Shown in pieces: positions 11,966-24,849 of a stretch of 64,000 nucleotides of DNA (position 1 is its first letter; each line of letters begins with the position of its first letter). The translations under genes were made by a program, and so were the position numbers. This stretch comes from Octopus bimaculoides (lineage: Eukaryota): NCBI RefSeq assembly GCF_001194135.2, contig NC_068989.1:68514841-68578840 (forward strand). Direction: 5' to 3'. The notes below the pieces were generated by a model. It saw only the letters and a list, made by a program, of their open reading frames with translations. It was not told the origin of the DNA and ran no database searches.

Positions 11966-12850
11966 TATTTCTTTATTTGGCTCATAGGCCATGATACAGA
12001 GGAGGACGGCACAAGGACAGTCAGAACACCACAGTGGGGACAAAAAACATAAAACGAATGAATGAGAGATGGATAATAATTAAATGACGATGTTGTGGCT
12101 GCTTGAACCCCACTCTCAAGCAGCACCATTAACTGTTTTAATACAAAGTTTCTATATCATTTTTTTCCTTCTTTTTTTCTCCTTTTTTTCCTTGGTGTAT
12201 CGTATGTGTAGTCTTTAAAAAATTTTGAAAGCTTATTCACGTTTTACCATTTTATATATGGCAACAAGTCGTCGTAATCTACAACTGGCAGTAGGTCGTC
12301 AAATTCTACCTCACTCCCACTGGGTCCACCTTGTCTCCAAACCATTCCTCCAGTTTTTCGTATCTCTCTCTATCCATCACCATAGCCCCCTTTTCGCCGG
12401 CCACCTCCGTAAATGGTACTTCCACTTTCGTGCATTTTTCATTTTCCAGGTCCGCCACCTCGGCACCCTGCTCTTGTTGGCTTTCCTCGTTTTTATTTTC
12501 TCTCTGGGAACACTATATTCTAATATGTCCTTTTTCGCCGCATTGTTAACAAGTTGATGGCCTTCCTTCTACCACCACTCTCAACCTTATGTCCTCTGGT
12601 AGTATTATTTCTTCAGCAATTTTATTTAGATCTTGTCCGACCTGGATGACTATTTCTAGACCGTATCCCAACAATTTACTGTCTTTGTCCTTGTCACCTT
12701 TAGAATTTGGCGTCTTCCTCAGTTTTGTGCATTCCGGCTGCTAACAACCACGCTTCTTTTATTTCTGATGATACTCTACCTATTCTCACTCTGACAACCC
12801 TTTTGCCGCAGTAGGTAGGTAAGAGTACCCATTTTTCCGTCTTCAGCGTC
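11966..12850 (-). mobile_element. L1/Tx1-like non-LTR retrotransposon relic: ORF1 fragment with CCHC zinc knuckle joined to a 3' UTR
   Basis: Minus frames give KWVLLPTYCGKRVVRVRIG... and ...DIRLRVVVEGRPSTC*QCGEKGHIRI*C (CX2CX4HX4C). The 3' part has a 9-bp hairpin (12098-12124) and ends AATAAAGAAATA at 11966. ORF2 is essentially absent. Confidence 0.75.
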
Positions 12851-13045
12851 ACAGTGGAGTGATTTATTACCGGGAAATTTCTTAACTCAAAGGGTCGTGT
12901 CGCTTTGTAAGCGGCCGGCTTAAACTTTCATAAGAAGAACTTACATAAAGCTCAAAGAAAAACATGTGCGAGTACGTATGTGTGTATGTATATGTATGTA
13001 CACACATACGCACACACACGTGCGTGGGCATACACACGCACACAC

Positions 13046-13088
<43 letters not shown>

Positions 13089-13512
13089 TATATATATAAT
13101 ATTATGCAATATAATATAATATATATATATGAATTATTTTTCTTAAGTATTTATTTGATGTTATAAAATAAATGATACCATCGCCTTTGCGCGCCTTCTG
13201 GGATAAAATTACATCAATTTACATTTTTCTTACAAACCACAGAGTGTCAATGACCGACTTGTAGATAAAGAAATGAATTGATTTTTATCAAAACAACAAA
13301 AGAATGAAATAGAAATAAGTAAAACAGTGTGTATTCAGGAATATATTTATGAGTGTATGTGTTTGTATATGTTATGTATGTACTTGTATTCATACATTCA
13401 TATGTGCTAAGATATTATATGTGTTTGTATGTATATATGTATATCTATAAAAAATTAACAGAATGAGACAAAAATCCAAGACTGTGAAAGATTTTAGCAC
13501 ATTTACAAAGAG

Positions 13513-13560
13513 GTCTTAGAGCTGTTTCCGGAATATTTTACATATCCCTTCATCGGAGAC
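13513..13560 (-). ncRNA. Degenerate minimal hammerhead motif
   Basis: Minus strand GTCT-CCGATGA-a-GGGATAT gtaaa ATATTCC-g-GAAAC-AGCT-CTA-AGAC. Helices I and II are present, but the core has U4>C and the G before U16.1 is a C. Confidence 0.45.
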
Positions 13561-13688
13561 GGTGCGAGAAAATAGTTAATCACTAGTTATTCTAGAGACG
13601 ATATGAAATAGGGAGTGAAGTGGAGGAATTAAAACAGACGTGTGATATGCAGGGATATTGTATCTGCAGTTCCATATATCTATGTATA

Positions 13689-13750
<62 letters not shown>

Positions 13751-13753
<3 letters not shown>

Positions 13754-14025
13754 TGTATGGTTTAGTGGCTAGAGTGTTGCACTCATGATCTAACGACCGG
13801 GATTTCAATTCCTAGACCGGGTGATGCGCTGTGATCTTGAGCAAAACACTTCATCTCACGTTGCGCTGCGATCACTTCGACACCTGATGTATGATACACC
13901 ATGCACCTGTTTAGACAACAGCGATTTGAGAGGGAGAGAGTGAGCTAATGTGCAGCACATACATTTGATCACTATAGACAACTCATTTGTGCAGGTAGTT
14001 CAACAAAAGCTGAACGCTCATGAGT
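13751..14025 (+). mobile_element. SINE family D (tRNA-like head, CORE-like middle)
   Basis: GGTTTAGTGGCTAGAGTG...TTGAGCAAAACACTTCAT...GCGATCACTTCGACACCTGA, shared with 20160-20352 and 36425-36700. Confidence 0.75.
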
Positions 14026-14189
14026 CGTTTTCGATGGGAGAGTCCATTATATATACTTTTTACTCAGCCTGATGTGTGTGTGTGCACGTGTGTATGTGCG
14101 TGTGCGTGTGTGTGCATGTGTGTGTGCGCGTGTGCGTATGTGTATGTATATATATATATATACATATATGTATGTATGTGTGTGTGTTT

Positions 14190-14406
14190 GTATGTCTGTG
14201 TTTGTCCCCCCAACATCGCTTGACAACCGATGCTGGTGTGTTTATGTCCCCGTAACTTAGCGGTTCAGCAAAAGAGACCGATAGAATAAGTACTAGGCTT
14301 CCAAAGAATAAAGAATAAGTCCTGGGGTCGATTTGCTCGACTAAAAGGCGGTGCTCCAGCATGGCCACAGTCAAAAGACTGAAACAAGTAAAAGAGTAAA
14401 CGAGTA
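14190..14406 (+). mobile_element. SINE family A, 3' half
   Basis: CATCGCTTGACAACCGATGCTGGTGTGTTTATGTCCCCGTAACTTAGCGG...GACTGAAACAAGTAAAAGAG matches 5900-6070. Confidence 0.9.
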
Positions 14407-15159
14407 TACATGTATGTATGTATTCTCTAAAAGTTTCCAATGTGTGTAAATACGTGACTGTTCGGTTTGATGCAACTGAAGATCGACGTTTTGGTTTGAA
14501 ATTCAATTAACGTACTAGAAATGTAGAAAAAATGTCTAAAAGCTTTCACTAGTACAAAACACTGGTGTAATAGGGTGGGAAAAAACACCAAAATAACTTT
14601 GTCAGATTTTATTTATTTATTTATTTGCTTACTTATTTGCTTATTTATTTGCTAATTTATTTGCTAATTTATTCGTTTTTGCTTTGCATATCACTTTTTC
14701 TTTTGAGATAGAGATAAATAAAAAACAAATAAGTTTCTTATAAAATAAACAATAGATGAAGACTAATGAAAATTTAAAACAGTTGATTCTTGTCTAAAAA
14801 TTTTATAAGTTGTACGGGACTATATGAAGTTGATACTTTCATACATTTCCCGAGCGAATGATTCTTAATACTGATATATTTAAATACAAGCTTAGATATG
14901 TTCAGTAAAATGTAAAATCTGTAAGAGTACATGGGAATAAGTGAGGTTCAGCCTTACAGGCACATTTCCTAAACAGTTGATTGAAAGAAAATGACATTTT
15001 TTAATACATGTTTATTAAAGTTTAAAATATCATACAAATCATCTGAAATCTGGTATAAGCTACGTAGCAAAAAATTAGAGATCGAGCAACGAATGGGTCA
15101 AGGGTGCCTGGATGGTAGAAGTAAGAGACCATCTGACACCGAAGAACAGAACCCTTTAT

Positions 15160-16525
15160 AGAAACGCTAATAGAAAAAAAAACAAAGCGAGAAAAAACAA
15201 TATAACTGTGACTCAGGGGCTAGAGCGTAACTGGTAATGACTGAATGCCAATTAATTGAGTGGCCCTTCTGTGAATGCGATCCGAGATATGTGTGCGCAA
15301 CAGCAACGCCATTCCAGCTGTAGGCGCAGTACTCCATCAAATTCTTACTTTGATCCTTATAGAGTGTCAAAAGTTATGGGGATGAAATATTTTCTGGTCC
15401 TAAAGAGAAGGACCAGTCATTAGGACACTGCCCTGGCTATACTAACGATGTGCTTCACCAGGAGAGTTCCTCGATGATAGTAAACCTAGCATTTGGAACA
15501 GCTGTACCTCTTATGTTTCGAGATGGTAATACGTGAGTATTTTTTCTTGACATGGGAAGCGCTTGAGTTGATTTTTTTATTGATGACCTGAAGTTGAAAA
15601 GGAAAATGTTCGTGTGGCCAAATTGAAGGAGATTCACAAAGCTTTTGTTTATGGAATCAATGCAGATTTGGCATGCGTTATCTAATCTACATGTGGATAG
15701 TACATATTTGTGGGGTGGATGTTAGGGAGGATTGAAGGATCGTGTCGTCTGTATCGTATAAGTGTGGGCTTTATTAGATATTTTAGCAAGTAGATCATTG
15801 ATGTATAGAAGGAAGAGAGAGAGGGAAACAAAACCAAACTCTAAGAAACATCAGAGTTGATTATGCCTATGTCAAATAGAGCTCCATGAAAACATACCCC
15901 GATTGTGTGATCGGTTAAGAAGCTGCCGGTTTAAAACATGGAAGACGTTTTCATTGGCGATTTACATGCCAGACACGATGGAAACTTTTGTTAATGTCTA
16001 CAGCAACATCATTACTCACACCCAACTTCTCTCAAATGAAAGCTCACTGATGAGTTGTATAAGAGAGTGGGTAGCCAGTAGAGCTGGCTCTGTGGAAGCC
16101 GAACAAATGGTTATTGAAAAGAGTGGTGGGTTCAAGGTTTGATTGAGAATGCCTTTGTTAGTAGCTACCGTCATTATCTTTGAAATGTTAGAGGTAAGAG
16201 AAATAGAACAACGGTTGGCTGGATCAGAGATGTTGCCCTGCTATACGTCGTTATTGCTAGCATTTAGAGTAAAAAGTCGAGAAACAATGAGAGTGGCGTC
16301 TGCTTGCGCCAGACACAAAATTTTGGAGTAAAATTTCAGTAAAGAGTGTATCTTGGACAAATGACATGATTGTAAATAGTAGTTAAGAAATATGGGTCTC
16401 AGTGAGAAATAGGATATGAGGTTTTCACGTAAAAGATGAAGTCTCAGTTGAAAAAAGTCCTGCGATGTTTGAGAAGAATGCAAAATAATAGTCAATTGGC
16501 TTGATCTGATCTGGATTGTAGGGAA
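15160..16525 (-). mobile_element. CR1/L2-group LINE reverse transcriptase remnant
   Basis: Frameshifted minus frames contain HLFGFHRASSTG, VAVDINKSFHRVWH (cf. ALDISKAFDRVWH), INSDVS*SLVLFP..FLLYINDLL (cf. GVPQGSVL..LFLLYINDL), xDDT and TLYKDQ..LMEYCAYSW. Confidence 0.85.
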
Positions 16526-19099
16526 GCCTGTTATTTAAATGCTTGTATTATTATTTAATTAGGTGTAGGTGTGCGGAACAGTAAGCCAAATGGTATCGGT
16601 TATAAATTTAAGGGTGGAATCTAATCGCTAACACTAAACTATTTAGAACAGTAACCATTTTATCATTTGCAAGTAGTGCTTAATGAAACGAAATGCAACA
16701 TTAATCTATTAATCTAAATATGATCAAAATATGATCAAAATACAAAACTAATTTTAGCCACATATTAAAAGCTAAATACGAGTTATATCTCTTGTATACT
16801 GATGGGTTCACTTCATTCGATCATAAGCAGAAAATAATGACTTCTTGCAGTGACAGGGACTCAGAATGTATTGTCATGTAGCAATATGGTAGACACAATC
16901 TGCTGCGGGAATTCATTTTTCGCTTTCGCTCTGTAGAAATATTATTGAAATCTGAAAGGGACTTAAGTCATTTATATATCATTTGAAAGTATTCTTTAAT
17001 TCTTTAATACTTTATTAATCGAATGAAATGAGTTTGGAATATATAGACAGATGGTGCTTGTCCGACTATAATTTGACTTATTAATGGTTTGGGAACCACT
17101 GATCTAGACCTTAGGTACTTTTTAATACCATCACCTAATGTACCGCTCCCATCAGACAATTGGATATTTTAGCAAAGTCCACTTTGTGGCAAGCATTCGG
17201 GATAGGTCTTCAGTTTCAGGATACCTTCCGCTCGAACCCAGAATCTCATGGATGTGAAGTAAACTTTATAACCACACAGAGATAAACATACTTTTTGCAT
17301 ATTCTTTTTACCTGACGAGTCTTTTATATGTCTATTCGGGTTTACGAATATTTGGAGATAGTAATTTAATGTAGTACCACTGTTCAGCTTTGGTATCACG
17401 TTATTACGACTTAATTCTCTGTAGCCAGTATAAAAAAGCAAGGTTTAACATCGTTATTAAGTAAAGGATTTAACATAGAGTTAACTTACAAAGAGCGTTG
17501 ACTGAATAACCGAAGCTCCATATCCTATTAGCAGCACAGCTCTCTATCATACTTGAGTTACATATCTTCTGATGCTCGAATTGGCCGAGTCAAGAGTGCG
17601 TGCTAAATTATCGTTCAAAGGAAAAATTATTCATATCATTTTACTGCGTATAATACGTTTACACTTACTGCTTCAATCTATCTTGAATATATAGCATATG
17701 ATTATAAGAAGCAAGGTAACTACACAATTAACGTCTAAACCGTTATCTTAAACAGCTGTATTTGTATTCTACGTGTCTGTAGAAATCAATCAATTTGAAA
17801 CTGCCTTAATACTCAGATCAGATTTTTGCCAGTAGATTTGAGCAAATATCTGAACTGGACAGCACTTCATTCCTCAGTAAACTGATCAAGCATAGAAATA
17901 TTGTATTTGTAATTATCTTAAGTGAGTACTAAAGATTCTACGGCTACAGTGAGGATGGAAATACTTTTTAAGTACCGGTAGAGAATATATGATCACCACA
18001 TGCTATTATTGTTATTTAAAGCTGCGCTGAAAGAAATAAATCTAAAGTTTTAGATACTTCTTTTTCTCGCCTTTTCTTAAAGATTCTTAACTAACGTATT
18101 TCCGTTGATTGAGATGAGATTTATTTAACGTGATTGTTCTTTTAGAATGTGTTTTAGCAAGGAAATCAATTTCTCAATCACTTCTTTCATTACTGTTCTC
18201 TTTGCGAAATTCAATTGTAGCGTAAAACAGAGTTGATGTCTTATAACGCAAAGACATTTTCAAACATCAAACATAGTTACAGTTACAACAAAAGCAATTG
18301 AGTGGCAAAACAGAGGCATCAGAATGGCGACCAAATGCTTTGCAGTATTTAGTTCTTTCTCTCTCCTTTGTAAGTTCATGTACCGTCACAGCTGACTTTG
18401 CCTTTCATCCCATGTCTAGTATTATTGGATTGTAGATTCCCATATGGCGTCTTCGTGATAGTCCCGCAGCTAAAACAGTTCTTTTTCTTTTACTTCCGTT
18501 TTAAAATAAACATCCCCAAATTCTCATCAACATATACATTCTCCCCCCCCCCCCCCNNNNNNNNNNNNNNNNNNNNNCCCCCACCTCTCTCTCTCCGACT
18601 GTTTCTTTACGTTAGCAAAAATTTCTTGATGAATCGCTTCTTATGAGTTCATTTGATTTATTGTTTACTTCGATAGAATTTATTTCTTACAAAGAAAGGA
18701 ATTCTTTCGGCTCTGAGCTGCATTTATTTTCTTTGAAAATTGGTTTGTTTCGTTTCGTTAAAAAATTACCCCTTCTTTTTATTTATTTATTAGTTTTTTC
18801 GATTCTCTATATTAACGACCTGCAACAAATCGAGTTTCCTTCTAGTATACGAGGTAATTTTTGTTCACGTGTTACTTTTCCCTGCTGGCTTTCACGTGTT
18901 TATTTTTAAAATAACATTTTATGTTCTTTACGATGTTGTGGAAATGTACCGCGTTATTTCTCACAGTACATATTTTCTATATTGTCTTGTGCTTTGATAT
19001 AAATTCAATTTTTTTTTTCATGTGTAGTCAGCTTCTCATGCAATATAATAATGTCAATTATTCATAGAGTAACATTTTGTTCAACCAATCTAATAAGTA

Positions 19100-19946
19100 G
19101 CGAACTTCAGTTTGTCCCTTGTGCATATGCATTCGTTAGGGACCTGGCACTTCATCGTAGTTCGATGCGAACTTGCGGTGAGACAGGTTGTATTTTGTGT
19201 ACTTGAGACAACCCTGAAAGAAAATAACCAAAAAACGCACGAAAGCGGCAGAAAGTTGCAGGAAGATATACACTGTGTATGGAGAGGTTGCTGTTACGGA
19301 ACATGAATACCAGGAATGGTTTTCAAGATTTCGATAAGGAATGGATTGTAAAACGCAAATGATCATGGGGAAAGTGCGGCAACCACCACAAACAACCTCC
19401 AAAACAGGCCTTGACGCCAAGAAGATTATGCTTTAATTGGGTGGGATAGAAGGATTTTGTCTTTTACAAGCTTCTTCTCCCATCAATTTGGATATGTATT
19501 GTGATCAGCTGAACAAATAACCCAGCGATCCACCAGAAGCGTCCAGCACTTGCTAATCGTAAGGGCATTGTCTTTCATCTCAATGCCAGACTGCACACTC
19601 CTTTGCAAACGCGACAGAAGTTATTGGGGTTTGGCTGAGAAGTTTGCCACACCGACCATATACGCCCGTCCTTGAGATTTCCGCCTGTTTCGGTCTCTTC
19701 AAAATTCATTGAATGGACAGACCTTCAAATCTGAAGCGAATGTAAAAATTTACCTGGAAGAGTTTTTCACCAGCAAAGACAGAAGGTTCTTCGAGCAAGG
19801 AATAATGGACCTGCTCACAAGATGGCAGAAGATACTGAAACGAAACGGCAATGATATCATTGATTGAACACGTCGCTTTGTGCTTAAAACTTGTGTCTTA
19901 TTTTCACTAGAAAAGAAAAACGAACGGACTTTTTGGCCAAGCCAAT
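19100..19946 (+). mobile_element. Mariner (DD34D-type) transposon, internally deleted and decayed
   Basis: AAESCRKIYTVYGEVAVTEHEYQEWFSRFR...AIHQKRPALANRKGIVFH...DFRLFRSLQNSLNGQTF...RWQKILKRNGNDIID*; 3' TIR-like GGACTTTTTGGCCAAGCCAAT. Confidence 0.9.
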
Positions 19947-20159
19947 CATTCGTGTACTTCGCAATAAGATTCGAAATTTAAATACTGTAACGGATTCTTA
20001 GTCTAACATTATTTTTATGAAGAAAAATTACAATTAGTAAAAATATTTACTCATGTATCTAATAGCCACATTTCCTCTTGGATTTCCTCTTGGATTTGTT
20101 GCTACTAAAGAAAAATCTGAACAGTTTTCTTCAATTCTGTATTTTACTTTATAACTGAA

Positions 20160-20352
20160 GACATGTGACTTGGTGGTTAGGATGTTGCACTGCCGATCGC
20201 AAGATCTTCGTTTCGATTCCTAGAGGTGCGTAGTGTTCTTGAGCAAAACACTTCATTGTACTGCGATCACTTCGACACCTGACGTGTCGATTTGAGGGAG
20301 AGAGTGAGATCATATACAAACAGTTTTTCCCTATAAACAAATCATTTGTGCT
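20160..20352 (+). mobile_element. SINE family D, internally deleted copy
   Basis: Shares TTGAGCAAAACACTTCAT, GCGATCACTTCGACACCTGA and CGATTTGAG.GGAGAGAGTGAG with 13751-14025. Confidence 0.75.
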
Positions 20353-20460
20353 GATTTCTCAGCTAGGTTATAGTTAACTTTATAGTCCATATATGTCAAG
20401 AATAAATATACAGTACTCATGACCTTTAAAATGAATTTTATATATTTATGAAATAGATAA

Positions 20461-20935
20461 GACGGCGAGCTGGCAGAACTGCTTGCGTGCCGAGCTAAAT
20501 GCTTTGCGGCATTTCGTCCCGTCTTTACGTTCTAAGTTCAAATTCCCCGAAGTCGGCCTTACCTATCATCCTTTCGGAGTCAACCATGCCTATCGTCCTT
20601 TCGGATCGATAAAATAAGTATCGGTTGAACACTGGGGTCTATCCTTAAAATACCTCTCCCCTAAAATAACTGGCCTTGTGTCAGAATTTGAAACCGGCAT
20701 CTATGAAGTAGATAAGGTGGTGAGCTGGCATAATCGTTACCGCACCGGACAAAATGTTTAGCAGCATTTCTTCCGACTTTACGTTCTGTGTTCAAATGCG
20801 TCCTGTGTCGACTTTGCTTTTCATCTTTTCGGGGTTGATAAAATAAGTACCAGTTGATTATTGAGATCAATATAATTGACTAGCTCCCCCTCTCCGAAAT
20901 TGCTGGCCTTGTGCCTAAATTTGAAACCAATATTT
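20461..20935 (+). mobile_element. Two tandem SINE B copies (older tail type)
   Basis: Two successive GGCGAGCTGGCA.AA heads, each with the core and a CTGGCCTTGTG...AATTTGAAACC tail. Confidence 0.85.
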
Positions 20936-23900
20936 ATGAATTAGATTGTGTTAGTTGTCAGAATCTTTAGAGACTCAGATAGAATGCCATACGCTAAGTC
21001 TTCAGCTTCACCTTTTATACTTTCGAGATTAATAAATAAAGTAATTGACCAGCGTAATAGATTACGGGGTACATTAGAGTATCGCAAGAGTTACTGCGTG
21101 GTATTCATTCCGCTTTCTTGTATTTTAACGTCATTATGTCTGACGACACTAGTGTTAACTGTATTGGCTGTTGGACAAGATCTGTGACATGGAAAAGGAG
21201 AAATTCATTCATAAACAACTATTGATCTTCAGTAAAAAATATCTTGCCGAGGTCTGCACCTCGGGAAGAAATTCTTTTAAGGTACAGAGGTAACTTAATG
21301 CTAGAGGGTGGATAACCTGAAAAGGGGAGCAATCTTTCAGCTACCTATTAAGGCCACCAGGTAATGCAAACGCTAAAGTTTGCCATTGCTAATCCATAGA
21401 AGCAGGCATACGGGAAACAAGCAACGGCTGACATAAATGCGAACCTAAATGAACGAATGAATTAGTATGTTGATAAAAAAGTGTTTTGAAAAGATTCTCC
21501 GTTAAACTAATATAAATTTTTGATGTAGTGTTAATTTTTAACTACTACTTACTTAGCACACTAAACTAAGACTTCCAAGATCAATTATCATTGAGATGCC
21601 AATTATTTAGATTAATGCAATTTCAGGAATTATAAGACTTAGACTATTAGATTACTATCGCTCAGAAGACTTTTCGAGTTGAAATGGTTGAGCTTGTAAA
21701 ATTTTAACATCAAGAATAATTTCTGTTGAAAATGTTTTGATATCAAAAGAAATTAAATTTAGAAGCTCGTTGGCAACATTTGAAATTACCACTACCCTCA
21801 ACGTAGACGACAAAATAAAACCTAACATTCAGTCTCATACGCATCATACTTTACTATTAAATATCCATTACTATTAAATATCCGTTGAGTTAACAACCAA
21901 CAATGTTGGATAAAGAAAACAATGTACTTAAGATATCCATTAATTCACTCTTTATTTTATAAAGACCGAAACGTCTTTCAAGTCTGGAGGGAAGGCTGTG
22001 CTCATTTCTCATTCCAAAGGAGTAGAGACTGATGGGAAGGAGGGAAAAATACCCTTAAAACGAAGACCTGGCTTGAATGCTTGCAACAAAGTGGGTTACA
22101 CTAAAGATACTAAAGTATCAAGTGATGGCATTAAACCACCAATGCGGGTTAAGTCCACCAAACAAGACATGGCGAAATTTGAACTAAAAATACAAAGATC
22201 AGGAACAAATACTGCAAACCATCCGGTCCGACATTCTTACAGTCCCGCTAATCTACCGCCTTTAATACTTAGTCATCGACCCCAAAAGAACGAAAGCTAA
22301 AGTTGATCTCGGCAGGATTTGAGCTAAGAGAGTCAGAACAAATACCGCTAAACGTTTTCCAACGCTCTAATGACTTTGCCCATTCACTGCTTTATTTGCC
22401 TTTTCTAATACACCAATATACAAACGTATAGATGAAATGTAAGTCAGTTATATGTATTGCACTGTTCTTAACATAAGGTTACACACCTAATTTATTACCT
22501 TTCACGTAAAAAAATTTGGTTACATTTTTTGATCGTCTACATTTGTTCATTTTATACTATTTTATATTCAGCAACGATCATTCTACCCTAATCGACAACC
22601 TCCTTCTTCCCTTCTATTAACTTCATTAAATGATATATATTATGACTTTAAATCAATCACAACTTTGCTTAAATTTAAATTATATAAATAATATAACACG
22701 AGGGAAGTGTTTTGTTGACAGCGGTCCAATCCTAACATGGGTTTTTACTTCGAGGAGCACTTTTTAAAGTCAATTTTGTTTATTACCTATTAATCAATGC
22801 ATTTTATTCAGAAAAAAATCACGCAATTAACATGCCTTAAATGAATAATTATATGATTATTGATTAATTTGTTTTTGCTTTTTTTTTTTGCTTTGTTTTT
22901 TTCTATAACACACCTCATAAATATGTAAATATTTTTCTCTTTATTTTCAAATTTAAATTCAAGATTAGAGTGCAAGACTGACATTTACAACAGAGATAAC
23001 TGATTCGACTTTAAAACTGCCAAGATGATTATTATAACCTGTGAAATAAGATGTAGTGCTGTTAATGATCAGGACATTTCTGTTGCTACTATTTAACGAA
23101 ATTATCATTTCAAAAATTAAATGAACCGCTGCAGAGTTAAGAATTGATCATAAATCAATATTGCTGAACATATTCGCAAAGAGGACTGTTGTTAGAATAT
23201 AATGAGATACCAAACCCAGTGGTCTGCGATTGGCAACAGTTAATCACATGAAAAATCTAGTAGCGGAGTTCGATAATTCCACTTGATACGAGGATTAACA
23301 ATTAACAATTTTAACATTTTTGGTCGCTTGTATTTCATCAGAGAGAAAAGAATGTAAAGTATTCAACTGCGGCTTATAAGTTTGCTTTAATCTTTAATTT
23401 TAATCAGAAAATAAAAAGGAAATACTTACGCATTTAACAGATAGCCAGAGTAAATAAATCAATAGTTATTCATTTATGGTATATTAATTGCGTTATTGAT
23501 CTTTTCTTAATCAAATTCCTTAATTAATGGGTGGTAAACGAAATCGTAAGATTGCAGCTCGTTCAAAAAACAGCTCTCTCATGTTACTTTATTCATATAC
23601 ATTAACTTTAAACAAAGCCATGATCGTTTTGAAATCAAAATTTGTACAATATAATACACCCAACAAAAAGTAAGACGGACATTTCTTGGTTAGGGTTGAA
23701 TAAGCATTAGGGTAGAATATAAAATAACAACGTACGAAATGTACAAAATGCAATCGGTAAAAAATTGTAATTAAAATGATTTACGTGAAAAGTCATAAAT
23801 TGGAATTTAACGTTTTTGTGAGAACAATGGAAATACACATAATACCATATTATCGTATGATGTATATTTTCTGCAGTCGATATTTTACTTGTACTTGTTT

Positions 23901-24719
23901 TCGGAGTTGTTGCTTTGACCATAAGCTTTTAAGCTATGTCAGCTAATAATTAAATCAATAACACCTTATCTTTCTCCAACACTCTTGGTCGAAGACGAAC
24001 AACCCGAAACGTTAACCTCTTCACTTCTGATGTTAGATAATTACTGATATTTTGAACATTTTTAAGAGGAAGTTTCATTTAGAACGCATTCTTCAAAATA
24101 AAAATGAATACAAGGGCCTGAACAAAGACTATTGTTAGTAATTCTACAGGAAACTTAGTGAATTATATTGATTTGAAGTTACTTAGAGTTATTCCATTTT
24201 GGAATTATAAGTAAAAAATGATTACAAAATATTTTATCGTTATCAAATATTGAAAACTGTTATTAAAGGTAGATTCTTTGTTAGTCCCTAGATATTTTGA
24301 AGATAACGTACTTTTTTATGAACTGTAATGAACTATTCCTTTGTATTTTAATTATTGTTCAAGTAGATTTTGACTGAGTTAAATGATGTATGATTACGTA
24401 AAAGACTTTCGTCTTAATGTCGTTAACTTCATAAAAATAATTGATGCAGGCATTTATACTTAACCAGTCTATAGAGATCGTTGGCTTTTACTTATTTATT
24501 GTTAGCCGTTTGTAAAATGACATTGCTGGTAAAGCTAAATTCCTACATTTCAAGTCATCTGAGGATAAATGCAAAAATGAAAGAAATTTGTTGTGCTATA
24601 ACATTTGTTGTATTTTATTTTGAGTTTAAGATTTGACAAGCTCTTGATATTGACCTTAAATTATAAATTTACAGCAGTATGTCTTGAAATTGCTGGCCTT
24701 GTGCCAAAATTTGAAACCA

Positions 24720-24822
24720 TTATTATTATTATTGAGTGAGAGAGCAGTGCATGCCATCAAAGTGACACTGGGGTAAAATATATGAAGCCCAGTATAGTCA
24801 TCATGACTATCCGTCTGATAAT
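24720..24822 (-). mobile_element. 3' end of a retroposon with an (AAT)n tail
   Basis: Minus strand reads ...CCCCAGTGTCACTTTGATGGCATGCACTGCTCTCTCACTC-AATAATAATAAT. Family recognition is from memory. Confidence 0.5.
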
Positions 24823-24849
24823 AAACCTGCATGTTCTATTAGAACAAAC

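Noticed and set aside
21998-22300. 100-aa ORF MLISHSKGVETDG...
   Set aside because: No recognisable domain or splice support, and the 3' end runs into a SINE B fragment.
21960-24030. GAAACGTC (21967) and TCGAAGA...GAAACGTT (~23990-24015) as hammerheads
   Set aside because: The CUGANGA half or helix II is missing; too degenerate to call.
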